This document shows, piece after piece, positions 39,213 to 47,514 of a DNA stretch of 64,000 nucleotides (its first letter is position 1; every line of letters begins with the position of its first letter). The translations under genes were made by a program, and so were the position numbers. Origin of the DNA: Roseomonas sp. (GTDB taxonomy: Bacteria; Pseudomonadota; Alphaproteobacteria; Acetobacterales; Acetobacteraceae); assembly GCA_041914265.1 (NCBI GenBank), contig JAYSDS010000008.1, forward strand, positions 8,283 to 72,282, read 5' to 3'. Under the pieces are notes generated by a model. It was given only the letters and a program-made list of their open reading frames with translations. It was not told the DNA's origin and did not search any database.

Positions 39213-40262
39213 ATGACCACCCATCGCCTGGGCGCCACGCGCCGCTCGCTGCTGCTGGGCGCCGGGGCCGGCCTCGCCCTGCCCTTCGCCGCCCGCGCGC
39301 AGAGTTATCGCCCGGAATACAAGCTGTCGGTGGTCGGCAACCGTCCCATCCCCTTCGCCGATGGCGCCTTCCGCTGGGCCGAGCTCGTCACCGAACGCTC
39401 CGGCGGCCGTATCAACGTGAAGGTCTATCCCGGCAGCCAGCTCGTCGGCGGCGACCAGACGCGCGAACTCGTCGCCATGCGCCAGGGCGTGATCGACTTC
39501 GCCGTGTTCAGCACCATCAACATCGCGCCCCAGGTGCGCGAGGTCGGCCTCTTCCAGCTCCCCTTCCTCATGCCCGACCATCGCGCCTTCGATGCGCTGA
39601 TCCGCGGCGAGGTCGGCCGCGACATCTTCGGCGTGATGGAACGCCGCGACGTGGTGCCCCTCGCCTGGGGCGAGAACGGCTTCCGCGAGATCTCCAACTC
39701 CAAGCGCGCCATCCGCACGCCCGAGGACATGCGCGGCCTCAAGATCCGCTTCGCCGCGGGCGCCATCTTCACCGACATCTACCAGGCGCTCGGCGCCAAC
39801 CCCGTGCAGATGTCCTTCGCCGACCTCCAGCCCGCCCTGTCCACCGGCGCGGTGGATGGGCAGGAGAACCCGATCAACCTCTTCCTCGCCTTCCGCATGG
39901 ACACGCTGGCGCAGAAGCACCTGACGGTGTGGAACTACGTGAACGACCCGCTGATCTTCGCCCTGTCCAAGACGGTCTGGAACAGCTTCACCCCGGCCGA
40001 CCAGCAGCTTGTCCGCGACTGCGCCGAACAGGCCGGCCGCGACGAGATCGCCCTGACCCGCCGCGGCCTCGACGGCGAAGGCACCGACGATGCCGCCATG
40101 GTCGAGCTGCGCAATCGCGGCGTCGAGGTCACGGTCCTCGACGCCCAGCAGAAGGCGGCCTTTGCCCGCGCCACGCGCCCGGTCTACGACAAATGGGCCG
40201 GCACCGTCGGCGCCGACCTGGTCCGCAAGGCCGAGGCCGCGATCCGCACCGTGACGGGCTGA
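39213..40262 (+). CDS. TRAP transporter substrate-binding protein (DctP-type)
   Basis: ORF trimmed to ATG 39213 (MTTHRLGATRRSLLLGAGAGLALPFAARAQ), 349 aa. Confidence 0.9.
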   Translation: MTTHRLGATRRSLLLGAGAGLALPFAARAQSYRPEYKLSVVGNRPIPFADGAFRWAELVTERSGGRINVKVYPGSQLVGGDQTRELVAMRQGVIDFAVFSTINIAPQVREVGLFQLPFLMPDHRAFDALIRGEVGRDIFGVMERRDVVPLAWGENGFREISNSKRAIRTPEDMRGLKIRFAAGAIFTDIYQALGANPVQMSFADLQPALSTGAVDGQENPINLFLAFRMDTLAQKHLTVWNYVNDPLIFALSKTVWNSFTPADQQLVRDCAEQAGRDEIALTRRGLDGEGTDDAAMVELRNRGVEVTVLDAQQKAAFARATRPVYDKWAGTVGADLVRKAEAAIRTVTG

Positions 40263-40263
40263 G

Positions 40264-40773
40264 GTGAGCGCCGAACCCGATCCGACCGCGGAGCGGACCA
40301 ACCCGCCGACACGGGTCCCGCTCCGCATCGAGGAAGTGCTGATCGCCTGCGCCATGGCCGCGATGGTGCTGATCACCGGGGCCAATGTGCTCACGCGCTA
40401 CCTCACCAACGTCTCCCTCGCCTTCACCGAGGAATACTCGGTCGCGCTGATGGTGGTGGTCACGCTGCTGGGCACGGCCATCGCCACCGCCGCGGGCCGG
40501 CACATCCGCATCGGCGTGCTGGTGGACGGCCGAAGCCCGGGCGCGCGCCGCATGGCGGAAGCCATCGCCATGCTGCTCACCATCATCTGCTTCGGCCTGC
40601 TCGCCTGGTACGGCACGCTGCTCGCCTATGACGAGTATCGGTTCGAGGTTCTGTCGAATGGCCTCGGCCATCCGAACTGGCTCTATACCGGCTGGCTGCC
40701 GCTGCTCTCGCTGGTGGTGATGGCGCGCGCGGCCGGGCGCCTGGTTCGCGTGCTGCGCGGGGTGGCCTTCTGA
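40264..40773 (+). CDS. TRAP transporter small permease (DctQ-type)
   Basis: 169 aa with a GTG start 1 nt after the dctP-type stop. 4 TM segments. Confidence 0.88.
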   Translation: MSAEPDPTAERTNPPTRVPLRIEEVLIACAMAAMVLITGANVLTRYLTNVSLAFTEEYSVALMVVVTLLGTAIATAAGRHIRIGVLVDGRSPGARRMAEAIAMLLTIICFGLLAWYGTLLAYDEYRFEVLSNGLGHPNWLYTGWLPLLSLVVMARAAGRLVRVLRGVAF

Positions 40774-42059
40774 TGATCGGCGTCGTGCTCTTCGGCCTCT
40801 TCACCATCCTGCTGCTGGGCGGCGTGCCGATCGCGGTCGCGCTCGGCATCGCCGGCGCGACCGCGATCGCGCTGGCCGACCAGTCGATGTTCGCCATGCC
40901 GACCAACGTCTATGCGGGCATCGCGAAGTATCCGCTGATGGCGATCCCCATGTTCGTGCTGGTGGGCTCGGTCTTCGACCGCACCGGCGTCGCGCTGCGG
41001 CTGGTGCGCTTCGCGACCGCGCTCGTCGGCGCAGGGCGCGGCGCGCTCGCCTCGGTCGCCGTGCTGGTCGCGATGGTAATCGGCGGCATCTCCGGCTCCG
41101 GCCCCGCGACCTCTGCCGCCGTGGGACAGGTCGTCACGCGGTCGATGGTGAAGGATGGCTATCCCCGCCCCTTCATCGCCGCGACGGTGGGCGCGGCGGC
41201 CGCGACCGACATCCTGATCCCGCCTTCCATCGCCTTCATCATCTATGCCGTGCTGGTCCCCGGCGTCTCGGTGCCGGCGATCTTCATGGCGGGCATGTTC
41301 CCCGGCATCCTCGCGGGCTTCGCCATCATCGTGCCGATCGTCATCATCTCCATGATGAAGGATTTCGGCGGCAAGGCACGCAGCGAGGAACGCCTGCGCG
41401 TCTGGCAGACCTTCAAGGAGGCGATCTGGGGCCTGATGGCGCCGGTCGTGATCCTCGGCGCGATGCGATCCGGCTTCGTCACGCCGACCGAGGCCGCCGT
41501 GCTCGCCGTCGCCTATGGGCTGTTCGTCGGCTTCGTCATCTATCGCAGCCTGACGCTGCGCGACCTGTATGACATGCTGGTCGAGGCCGGGGAACTCTCG
41601 GCCGTCATCCTGATCGTGGTCTCGCTGGCATCCGTCTTCGCCTGGTCCACGGCAACGCTCGGCATCGTGCAGCCCATCGCGACCTGGATCGTCGGTTTGG
41701 GCCTGGGCGAGTACGGCACCATCGCGCTGCTGATGCTGGTGCTGATCGTGATCGGGATGTTCCTCGACGGTGTCTCGACCTTCCTGATCCTGCTGCCGGT
41801 CCTCATCCCCATCGCCAACAACTTCCACTGGGACCTGACCTGGTTCGGCGTGATCCTCACCATGAAAATCGCGATCGGCCAGTTCACACCCCCCATGGCC
41901 GTGAACCTGATGGTGTCCTGCCGCATCGCGGGGGTGGGCATGGAAAGCACCATCCCCTGGGTGGTGTGGATGATCCTCGCGATGTTCGTCGCCCTCGCGC
42001 TGGTCGTGGGCTTCCCCGGCATCGCGCTGTGGCTGCCGCATGCGATGGGATTGAACTGA
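40773..42059 (+). CDS. TRAP transporter large permease (DctM-type)
   Basis: 428 aa. TGATG overlap with the upstream stop. Confidence 0.93.
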   Translation: MIGVVLFGLFTILLLGGVPIAVALGIAGATAIALADQSMFAMPTNVYAGIAKYPLMAIPMFVLVGSVFDRTGVALRLVRFATALVGAGRGALASVAVLVAMVIGGISGSGPATSAAVGQVVTRSMVKDGYPRPFIAATVGAAAATDILIPPSIAFIIYAVLVPGVSVPAIFMAGMFPGILAGFAIIVPIVIISMMKDFGGKARSEERLRVWQTFKEAIWGLMAPVVILGAMRSGFVTPTEAAVLAVAYGLFVGFVIYRSLTLRDLYDMLVEAGELSAVILIVVSLASVFAWSTATLGIVQPIATWIVGLGLGEYGTIALLMLVLIVIGMFLDGVSTFLILLPVLIPIANNFHWDLTWFGVILTMKIAIGQFTPPMAVNLMVSCRIAGVGMESTIPWVVWMILAMFVALALVVGFPGIALWLPHAMGLN

Positions 42060-42065
42060 AAGAGC

Positions 42066-42088
42066 GGCACGAGATCTTGCCTCGTGCC
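42066..42088 (+). terminator. hairpin downstream of the TRAP operon (putative terminator)
   Basis: GGCACGAG atcttgc CTCGTGCC, a perfect 8-bp stem 7 nt after the stop. Confidence 0.5.
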
Positions 42089-42112
42089 AGGGCCGCGAAT
42101 GCGGTCCGGCGG

Positions 42113-42220
42113 TTAGAGCGTGATTGGTTCACATTCGTTCACCAACCACGCTCCAACCTATTGTTTGATCGCGTGATTCAGACCTCCGGTGCATTCGCAC
42201 CTATGGTCATCACGCTCTAG
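42113..42220. repeat. MITE-like palindromic intergenic element, diverged copy 3
   Basis: Perfect 11-nt terminal inverted repeat TAGAGCGTGAT. Shares tagagc..gttcacc..gctcca..ttgttt landmarks with copies 1 and 2. Long stem GAGCGTGATTGGT/ACCAACCACGCTC with one mismatch. Confidence 0.65.
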
Positions 42221-42765
42221 GTTCTGGGCTCGTATCGCATCGCCATGGCCCCGGAAGCGAGCTCGACGCGGCTCACGAGCTTCAGGTCGATATGCTTCGA
42301 CAACCCCGCCAGGGGCGTTGGCCCGTGGCCCACCAGCCTTGGATGCACCACGAACTCATACTCGTCGATCAATCCCCGCTCCGCCAAGGCCAGCGGGAGC
42401 GTCACGCCGCCCACCAGCAATCCCTTGCCCGGCTGGCGCTTGAGCTGCTGAACCGCGTTCGTCAGATCCCCGCGCAGCAGCTCCGCGTTCCAATCGACCC
42501 GGTCCAGGGTGCCCGACACGACGTATTTCTTCGCCGCGTTGATCGTCCGCGCGAAGGGTTCCATCCATTCGGGCCGCGCTCCCGTCGGCGTCGGCGGGCG
42601 GAACGCGGACTCCATCATCTCGTACGTCACCCGGCCGAAGAGGAGGGCATCGGCCCGATCGAGATTCCCGACCGCGTGGCGATGCAATGCCTCATCCGCG
42701 GAAACGGCGCGATGATCGCAGCAGCCATCCAAGGTCACGTTGATGGAATACCGAAGAGGTCGCAT
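42217..42765 (-). CDS. dihydrofolate reductase family protein (RibD C-terminal domain-like)
   Basis: 182 aa. Contains MRPLRYSINVTLDGCC, LFGRVTYE and LIDEYEFVVHP. Confidence 0.8.
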   Translation of the reverse strand: MRPLRYSINVTLDGCCDHRAVSADEALHRHAVGNLDRADALLFGRVTYEMMESAFRPPTPTGARPEWMEPFARTINAAKKYVVSGTLDRVDWNAELLRGDLTNAVQQLKRQPGKGLLVGGVTLPLALAERGLIDEYEFVVHPRLVGHGPTPLAGLSKHIDLKLVSRVELASGAMAMRYEPRT

Positions 42766-42841
42766 CGCATCAGCCTGCCAGGGTCAGAGTCCGGTTGAAC
42801 GCCCAAGAAGGAAGCCCGCACGCTCCGGTTCAGTCCTCGCC

Positions 42842-43813
42842 CTAAGACGCGCGCAGCCCCAATTCCCGCACCGTCCGCTTCTCCTCCTCATTCTGCAGCA
42901 TCGCCGCCGTCGCGTAGTCCTCGGTGCCGAGGTAGCGCACCGGCATGTCGAAACGCGCGATGGTCGCGAGATGCGCGGGGTCGTACAGCGCCTCGCGGAA
43001 GGCATCGTGCAGGACGCCGACCACGCCGGGATCCATCCCACGCGGCCCGGCGATGCCATAGGTGCTCTCCCCCAGCACGTCGAAGCCCTGTTCGCGGAAG
43101 GTCGGCACATCGGGGAAGCGCGCCGCGCGCTCGGTCATCCACACGCCGAGCACGCGCACCCGCCCTTCCAGCGCCATGTCGGCCCAGGCGCTGGTCTCGG
43201 CCGAGAAATGGATGTCACCCGACAGCAGCGCCTGGAGGTTCGGCGCCGCGCCGCGGAAGGGCACCGGGACCCAGTCGATGCCGGCGAGCCGCGCGAAGCG
43301 CGTCATCTGCACATCGGTGGTGTTGGCCCCCGGCGTGCCGTAGCTGACCTTGCCCGGATGGGCGCGGGCATAGGCCACCACGTCGGTCATGTTGCGCCAC
43401 GGCGAATCCGGCCGCACCACCACCCCGCCCATGTAGCCGACGAGCCGGATGATCCAGGAGAAATCCCGCATCGGATCCCATTGCGGGCGCTCGGTCATCG
43501 CCGGCATGCGGAAGACGCCATTGGGCATCTGGCCGATGGTGTAGCCATCGGGCCGCGCCTCCCGCGCCATGTACAGGGCGCCGAGGGTGCCGGAAGCGCC
43601 TGGCTTGTTCTCGACCACGACCGGCTGGCCCAGGCGCTTCGACGCCTGGTCGCAGATGGAGCGCATCTGGATGTCGGTGGCCCCGCCAGGCGTCCAGGGC
43701 ACCAGCACCCGTATCGCCCGGTCGGGATAGCGCTGCTGCGCCAGCGCGGGCCGCGCCAACAGCGCGGCGGATGAGATGGCCAGCAGCAGACGCCGGCCAG
43801 CAAAGCCGTTCAT
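42842..43813 (-). CDS. Bug/TctC family tripartite tricarboxylate transporter substrate-binding protein
   Basis: 323 aa. Signal peptide, then YPDRAIRVLVPWTPGGATD, typical of the Bug family. Confidence 0.9.
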   Translation of the reverse strand: MNGFAGRRLLLAISSAALLARPALAQQRYPDRAIRVLVPWTPGGATDIQMRSICDQASKRLGQPVVVENKPGASGTLGALYMAREARPDGYTIGQMPNGVFRMPAMTERPQWDPMRDFSWIIRLVGYMGGVVVRPDSPWRNMTDVVAYARAHPGKVSYGTPGANTTDVQMTRFARLAGIDWVPVPFRGAAPNLQALLSGDIHFSAETSAWADMALEGRVRVLGVWMTERAARFPDVPTFREQGFDVLGESTYGIAGPRGMDPGVVGVLHDAFREALYDPAHLATIARFDMPVRYLGTEDYATAAMLQNEEEKRTVRELGLRAS

Positions 43814-43819
43814 GCCGTT

Positions 43820-43841
43820 CCTCCCAACTCTCGTTGGGAGG
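43820..43841 (-). terminator. hairpin between prx and the Bug gene; its 3' arm contains the Bug Shine-Dalgarno sequence
   Basis: Minus-strand RNA reads CCUCCCAAC gaga GUUGGGAGG aacggc AUG, a perfect 9-bp stem. Confidence 0.45.
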
Positions 43842-43893
43842 AATCATGCACCGACCGCTCGGTCGGCGGCGAGGACTTATTGCCCGGCCGCGA

Positions 43894-44550
43894 TCACGGC
43901 TGCGGGACGATGCGGATATACGGCTTCGGCTCCTTCCAGCCATTGGGGAAGAGCTTCTTCGCGTCGTCGTTGTTGACCGAGCCCGCGATGATCACGTCCT
44001 CGCCGTGCTTCCAGTTCGCCGGCGTCGCCACCTTGTGCTTCGCGGTGAGCTGCAGGCTGTCGAGCAGCCGCAGGATCTCGTCGAAGTTGCGGCCCGCCGT
44101 CATCGGATAGGCGAGATAGGCCTTCACCTGCTTGTCCGGCCCGATGAAGACGACGACGCGCACCGTCTGGTTGGTCGCCGCCGTGCGGCCGGCAGAGGTG
44201 CTGCCCGCATCCGCCGGCAGCATGCCGTAGGCCTTGGACACTTCGAGGCTCGGGTCGCCGATCAGCGGATAGGTCACGGCATGGCCCGTCACCTCGCGGA
44301 TGTCGTCGGCCCAGCGGCTGTGGTCGTCGACCGGGTCGACCGACAGGCCGATCACCTTGGTGTTGCGCTTGTCGAATTCCGGCTTCAGCGCGGCCACCGC
44401 GCCGAGCTCGGTCGTGCAGACCGGCGTGAAGTCCTTGGGGTGGCTGAAGATGATGGCCCAGGAATCACCGATCCACTCGTGGAAGCGGATGCGGCCTTGC
44501 GTGGTGTCGGCCTCGAAGTCCGGCGCGGTCTGACCGATGGCGAGCGTCAT
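43894..44550 (-). CDS. 1-Cys peroxiredoxin (Prx6-type)
   Basis: ORF trimmed to ATG 44550 (MTLAIGQTAPDFEADTTQG). Active-site motif HPKDFTPVCTTE. Confidence 0.93.
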   Translation of the reverse strand: MTLAIGQTAPDFEADTTQGRIRFHEWIGDSWAIIFSHPKDFTPVCTTELGAVAALKPEFDKRNTKVIGLSVDPVDDHSRWADDIREVTGHAVTYPLIGDPSLEVSKAYGMLPADAGSTSAGRTAATNQTVRVVVFIGPDKQVKAYLAYPMTAGRNFDEILRLLDSLQLTAKHKVATPANWKHGEDVIIAGSVNNDDAKKLFPNGWKEPKPYIRIVPQP

Positions 44551-44643
44551 GGCGCACTCCCTTTGTCGTGCATGGGGCGCGGAAGCGAGCACGCGGCGCG
44601 CCTCCGCTCAAGTGAAAGGTTGGGGTTCCGTCTCGAACGCGGT

Positions 44644-44664
44644 GCGGAGAATGCTCTTCTCCGC
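44644..44664 (-). terminator. hairpin downstream of the E1 beta gene (putative terminator)
   Basis: GCGGAGAA tgctc TTCTCCGC, a perfect 8-bp stem about 30 nt past the stop at 44691. Confidence 0.45.
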
Positions 44665-44690
44665 GCGGAACGCAACGGGGGGAAGCCACG

Positions 44691-45662
44691 TCATCGGCCC
44701 GCCTGCGCAACGCGGCGGATCGCCTCGGCGACGCGGGGCGCGGTCAGGCGGATCACCGCCTCCAGCGGGGGGCTGAAGGGCACCGGCGCACGCGGCGCGC
44801 CGAGCCGTTCCACGGCCGCGAGACCGCCCGGCCCCGTCGCCTCGACCACCCGCGCGACCACCTCCGCCCCGAATCCGGACACGGTCACCGCCTCATGCAC
44901 CACCAGCAGCCGCCCGGTGCGCCGCACGGAAGCCAGCACCGCCGCCTCGTCCCAGGGCCATAGGCTGCGCAGGTCGAAGACGTCGCAGGCCACGCCGCTC
45001 TCCCGCGCCGCCTGTTCGACCACCGGCACCAGGGCGGCCCAGGTCACGACCGTCAGCGCCTCCCCGCGGATCGCGTGGCGCGCCACGCCGAAGACAGCCG
45101 GCGCGACCTCATCCGGCACGTCCTCAGCGCGCGTCCACAGATCCTTCGGTTCCAGCAGCACCACCGGGTCGTCGGAACGGATCGCGGCCTTCAGCAGCGC
45201 GGCGGCATCCGCCGCGGTGCCCGGCGCGGCGACGACCAGGCCCGGGATATGGGTCAGCCAGGCTTCGAGGCACTGGCTGTGCTGCGCCGCCGAATTGCGC
45301 CACATCCCCTGCGGCATGCGCACCACCAGCGAGGCGCGTCCCTGCCCGCCGAACATGTAGCGCGCCTTCGCGATCTGGCTGACCAGCTCGTCCATGGCGC
45401 AGAGCGCGAAATCCGCGATTCGCATCTCGACCACCGGCCGCGTGCCGCACAACGCCGCACCAAGGCCCGCACCCATGATCGTGCTCTCGCTGATGGGCGT
45501 CGAGACGATGCGCTCCGGCCCGAACTCCCCGGCGAGGCCTTTGTACTGGCCGTAGATCCCGCCCTGGGCCAGGTCCTCCCCCAGCGCCCAGACCAGGGGG
45601 TCGCGGCGCATCTCCTCGGCCAGCGCCTGGCGCACGGCTTCGGCGAAGGTCAGGCGCGTCAT
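44691..45662 (-). CDS. 2-oxoacid dehydrogenase E1 component beta subunit (transketolase-like; pyruvate/acetoin/BCKA type)
   Basis: ORF trimmed to ATG 45662 (MTRLTFAEAVRQALAEEMRRDP). Contains STPISESTIMGAGLGAAL. ATGA overlap with the E1 alpha stop. Confidence 0.9.
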   Translation of the reverse strand: MTRLTFAEAVRQALAEEMRRDPLVWALGEDLAQGGIYGQYKGLAGEFGPERIVSTPISESTIMGAGLGAALCGTRPVVEMRIADFALCAMDELVSQIAKARYMFGGQGRASLVVRMPQGMWRNSAAQHSQCLEAWLTHIPGLVVAAPGTAADAAALLKAAIRSDDPVVLLEPKDLWTRAEDVPDEVAPAVFGVARHAIRGEALTVVTWAALVPVVEQAARESGVACDVFDLRSLWPWDEAAVLASVRRTGRLLVVHEAVTVSGFGAEVVARVVEATGPGGLAAVERLGAPRAPVPFSPPLEAVIRLTAPRVAEAIRRVAQAGR

Positions 45663-46624
45663 GCCGGCGCCCCCGCATCCTGCACGTCCGAGAAAGCCGC
45701 CCCCGCATCGGGCCAAGGGGCGTCGAGGGCCGCCGCGCGATGCGCGACCATCTCGGCGGCGGCCTCCGCCTCGATCGCCGCGACTTCACCCGGGTCGAGC
45801 GTCGCGGCAAGGCGGCGGATGCAGTCGCGCTGCCGCGCCGCGGCGGCCTCCTCGGCGGGGCGATAGGCGGCGGCATCCGTGCCGGTATGCCCCTCCCAGC
45901 GATAGCAGCGCGCGTGCAGGAACTGCGGCCCGGCGCCGCCGCGGATGCGCGCGACGAGTTCCGCCGCGGCCGCATCCACCGCCAGCACGTCCTCGCCATC
46001 GACGGAGACGGCCGGCACGCCGCAGGCCTCGGCGCGCGCCGCCGGCCCCGCGCCCGCGGTCACGGCCGCGCCGCGCGTGAAGGCGGCGAAGCCATTGTCC
46101 TCGCAGACGAAGAGCAACGGCAGCCGGTACAGCGCCGCCCAGTTCATCCCTTCGAGAAACGGCCCGCGATTGATCGCCCCGTCGCCGAAGAAGCAGGCGA
46201 CCATCGCCTCCTCCCCTTTCAGCCTGATCGCCTGCGCCGCGCCGCAGGCGATCGGGATGCCGGCGCCCACCACGCCATTCGCGCCCAGCATCCCGACGGC
46301 GAAATCCGCGATGTGCATCGACCCGCCCTTGCCGCCACAGGACCCGCCGGCGCGGCCATGCAGTTCCAACATCATCGCCCGCGCATCCGCGCCCTTGGCG
46401 AGCGCATGCCCATGGCCGCGATGGGTGCTGGTGATGCGATCCGCGCGCCGCAGATGGGCGCAGACACCGACCGGCACCGCCTCCTGCCCGATCGAGGGAT
46501 GCACCACGCCGGGCGCCTCCCCCGCGCGCATGGCAGCGACCGCCTCGCGCTCGAAGGCGCGGATGCGCGCCATGTCGCGCAGCATGGCGGCGCGCCGCGC
46601 CGTCTCGTTGGACGCGCCCGTCAT
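45659..46624 (-). CDS. 2-oxoacid dehydrogenase E1 component alpha subunit (ThDP-dependent)
   Basis: 321 aa. ThDP motif FFGDGAINRGPFLEGMNWAALYRLPLLFVCEDNG. Confidence 0.9.
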   Translation of the reverse strand: MTGASNETARRAAMLRDMARIRAFEREAVAAMRAGEAPGVVHPSIGQEAVPVGVCAHLRRADRITSTHRGHGHALAKGADARAMMLELHGRAGGSCGGKGGSMHIADFAVGMLGANGVVGAGIPIACGAAQAIRLKGEEAMVACFFGDGAINRGPFLEGMNWAALYRLPLLFVCEDNGFAAFTRGAAVTAGAGPAARAEACGVPAVSVDGEDVLAVDAAAAELVARIRGGAGPQFLHARCYRWEGHTGTDAAAYRPAEEAAAARQRDCIRRLAATLDPGEVAAIEAEAAAEMVAHRAAALDAPWPDAGAAFSDVQDAGAPA

Positions 46625-46692
46625 CGGCTGCCCTCTCCCCTGGTACGGAACCCCCGCCTGCGCTCTACTTCCATCGTGAGGGAGTGAAACGC

Positions 46693-47514
46693 ATGCTGGA
46701 CCGGCTCATCGTGGTCGACAGCGTCACCCGGCTGGGGCCGGAGGCGCAAGGGCGCGTCGTCATCGGCGGGTCGCATGGCGGGGTCTATGCGGCCTATCTC
46801 TCGGCCAAGGCGCGCGTCGCGGGGGTGGTGCTGAACGATGCGGGACTGGGGCTCGACCGCGCCGGCATCGCGGGGCTCGACTACCTCCAGCCGCTCGGCA
46901 TTCCCGCGGCCTGCTGCGCGCATCGCTCCGCCCGCATCGGGGATGGCTTCGACCTGCTCGGGCGCGGCATCGTCAGTCATGTGAACGGCGCGGCGGCGAA
47001 GCTCGGCATCGAGCCCGGCATGTGGTGCCGGGAGGCCGCGCGACGCCTGGCCGCCGCCCCCGTACCGATGGCGGATGCGCCGGACAGCGTCGAATCCCGC
47101 TTTCCCATCGCCGTGCCCGGCCGGGCGCGGGCTTCGGCGATGGATTCCAACTCGCTGATGACGCCCGACGACGACGGCACGGTGGTCGTCACCGGCAGCC
47201 ATGGCGGCCTGCTCGGCGGCCGGCCCGAGACCGCCGCGCGCGCCGCCGTCTTCGCCGCGCTCTACAACGACGCCGATGGCGGGGTGGACGGCGCGGGCTT
47301 CACGCGCCTGCCCGCGCTCGATGCGCGCGGCATCGCGGCGGCCACCTACTCCGCCTGGACCGCGCGGATCGGCGATGGCCGCTCCGCCGTCGAGAGCGGC
47401 ATCGTCTCCTGCGTCAACCGCCGTGCGGCCGCGCTCGGGCTGAGGCCCGGCGGGACGGTGCGCGACGCCATCAATCTGCTCGCCGAAGCCATCGGGAAGG
47501 ACAACGCTGCGTGA
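46693..47514 (+). CDS. hypothetical protein made of two tandem copies of a roughly 100-aa unknown domain
   Basis: Start is ATG 46693 (GGGAG SD) or GTG 46684. The two repeats align with motifs VV(I/V)xGSHGG, ND-A-x-G, ARIGDG and GIVSxVNxxAAxLGxxPG. The stop overlaps the GTG of the next gene (GTGA). Confidence 0.65.
   Translation: MLDRLIVVDSVTRLGPEAQGRVVIGGSHGGVYAAYLSAKARVAGVVLNDAGLGLDRAGIAGLDYLQPLGIPAACCAHRSARIGDGFDLLGRGIVSHVNGAAAKLGIEPGMWCREAARRLAAAPVPMADAPDSVESRFPIAVPGRARASAMDSNSLMTPDDDGTVVVTGSHGGLLGGRPETAARAAVFAALYNDADGGVDGAGFTRLPALDARGIAAATYSAWTARIGDGRSAVESGIVSCVNRRAAALGLRPGGTVRDAINLLAEAIGKDNAA

Noticed and set aside
37518-40394. 958-aa ORF suggesting a giant acyl-CoA synthetase fusion.
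   Set aside because: The N-terminal 438 residues run through the divergent promoter and antisense to the dctP-type gene, and they are low-complexity. A good ATG with a GGAAGGAAG-type SD at 39080 gives a normal 520-aa AMP-binding enzyme.
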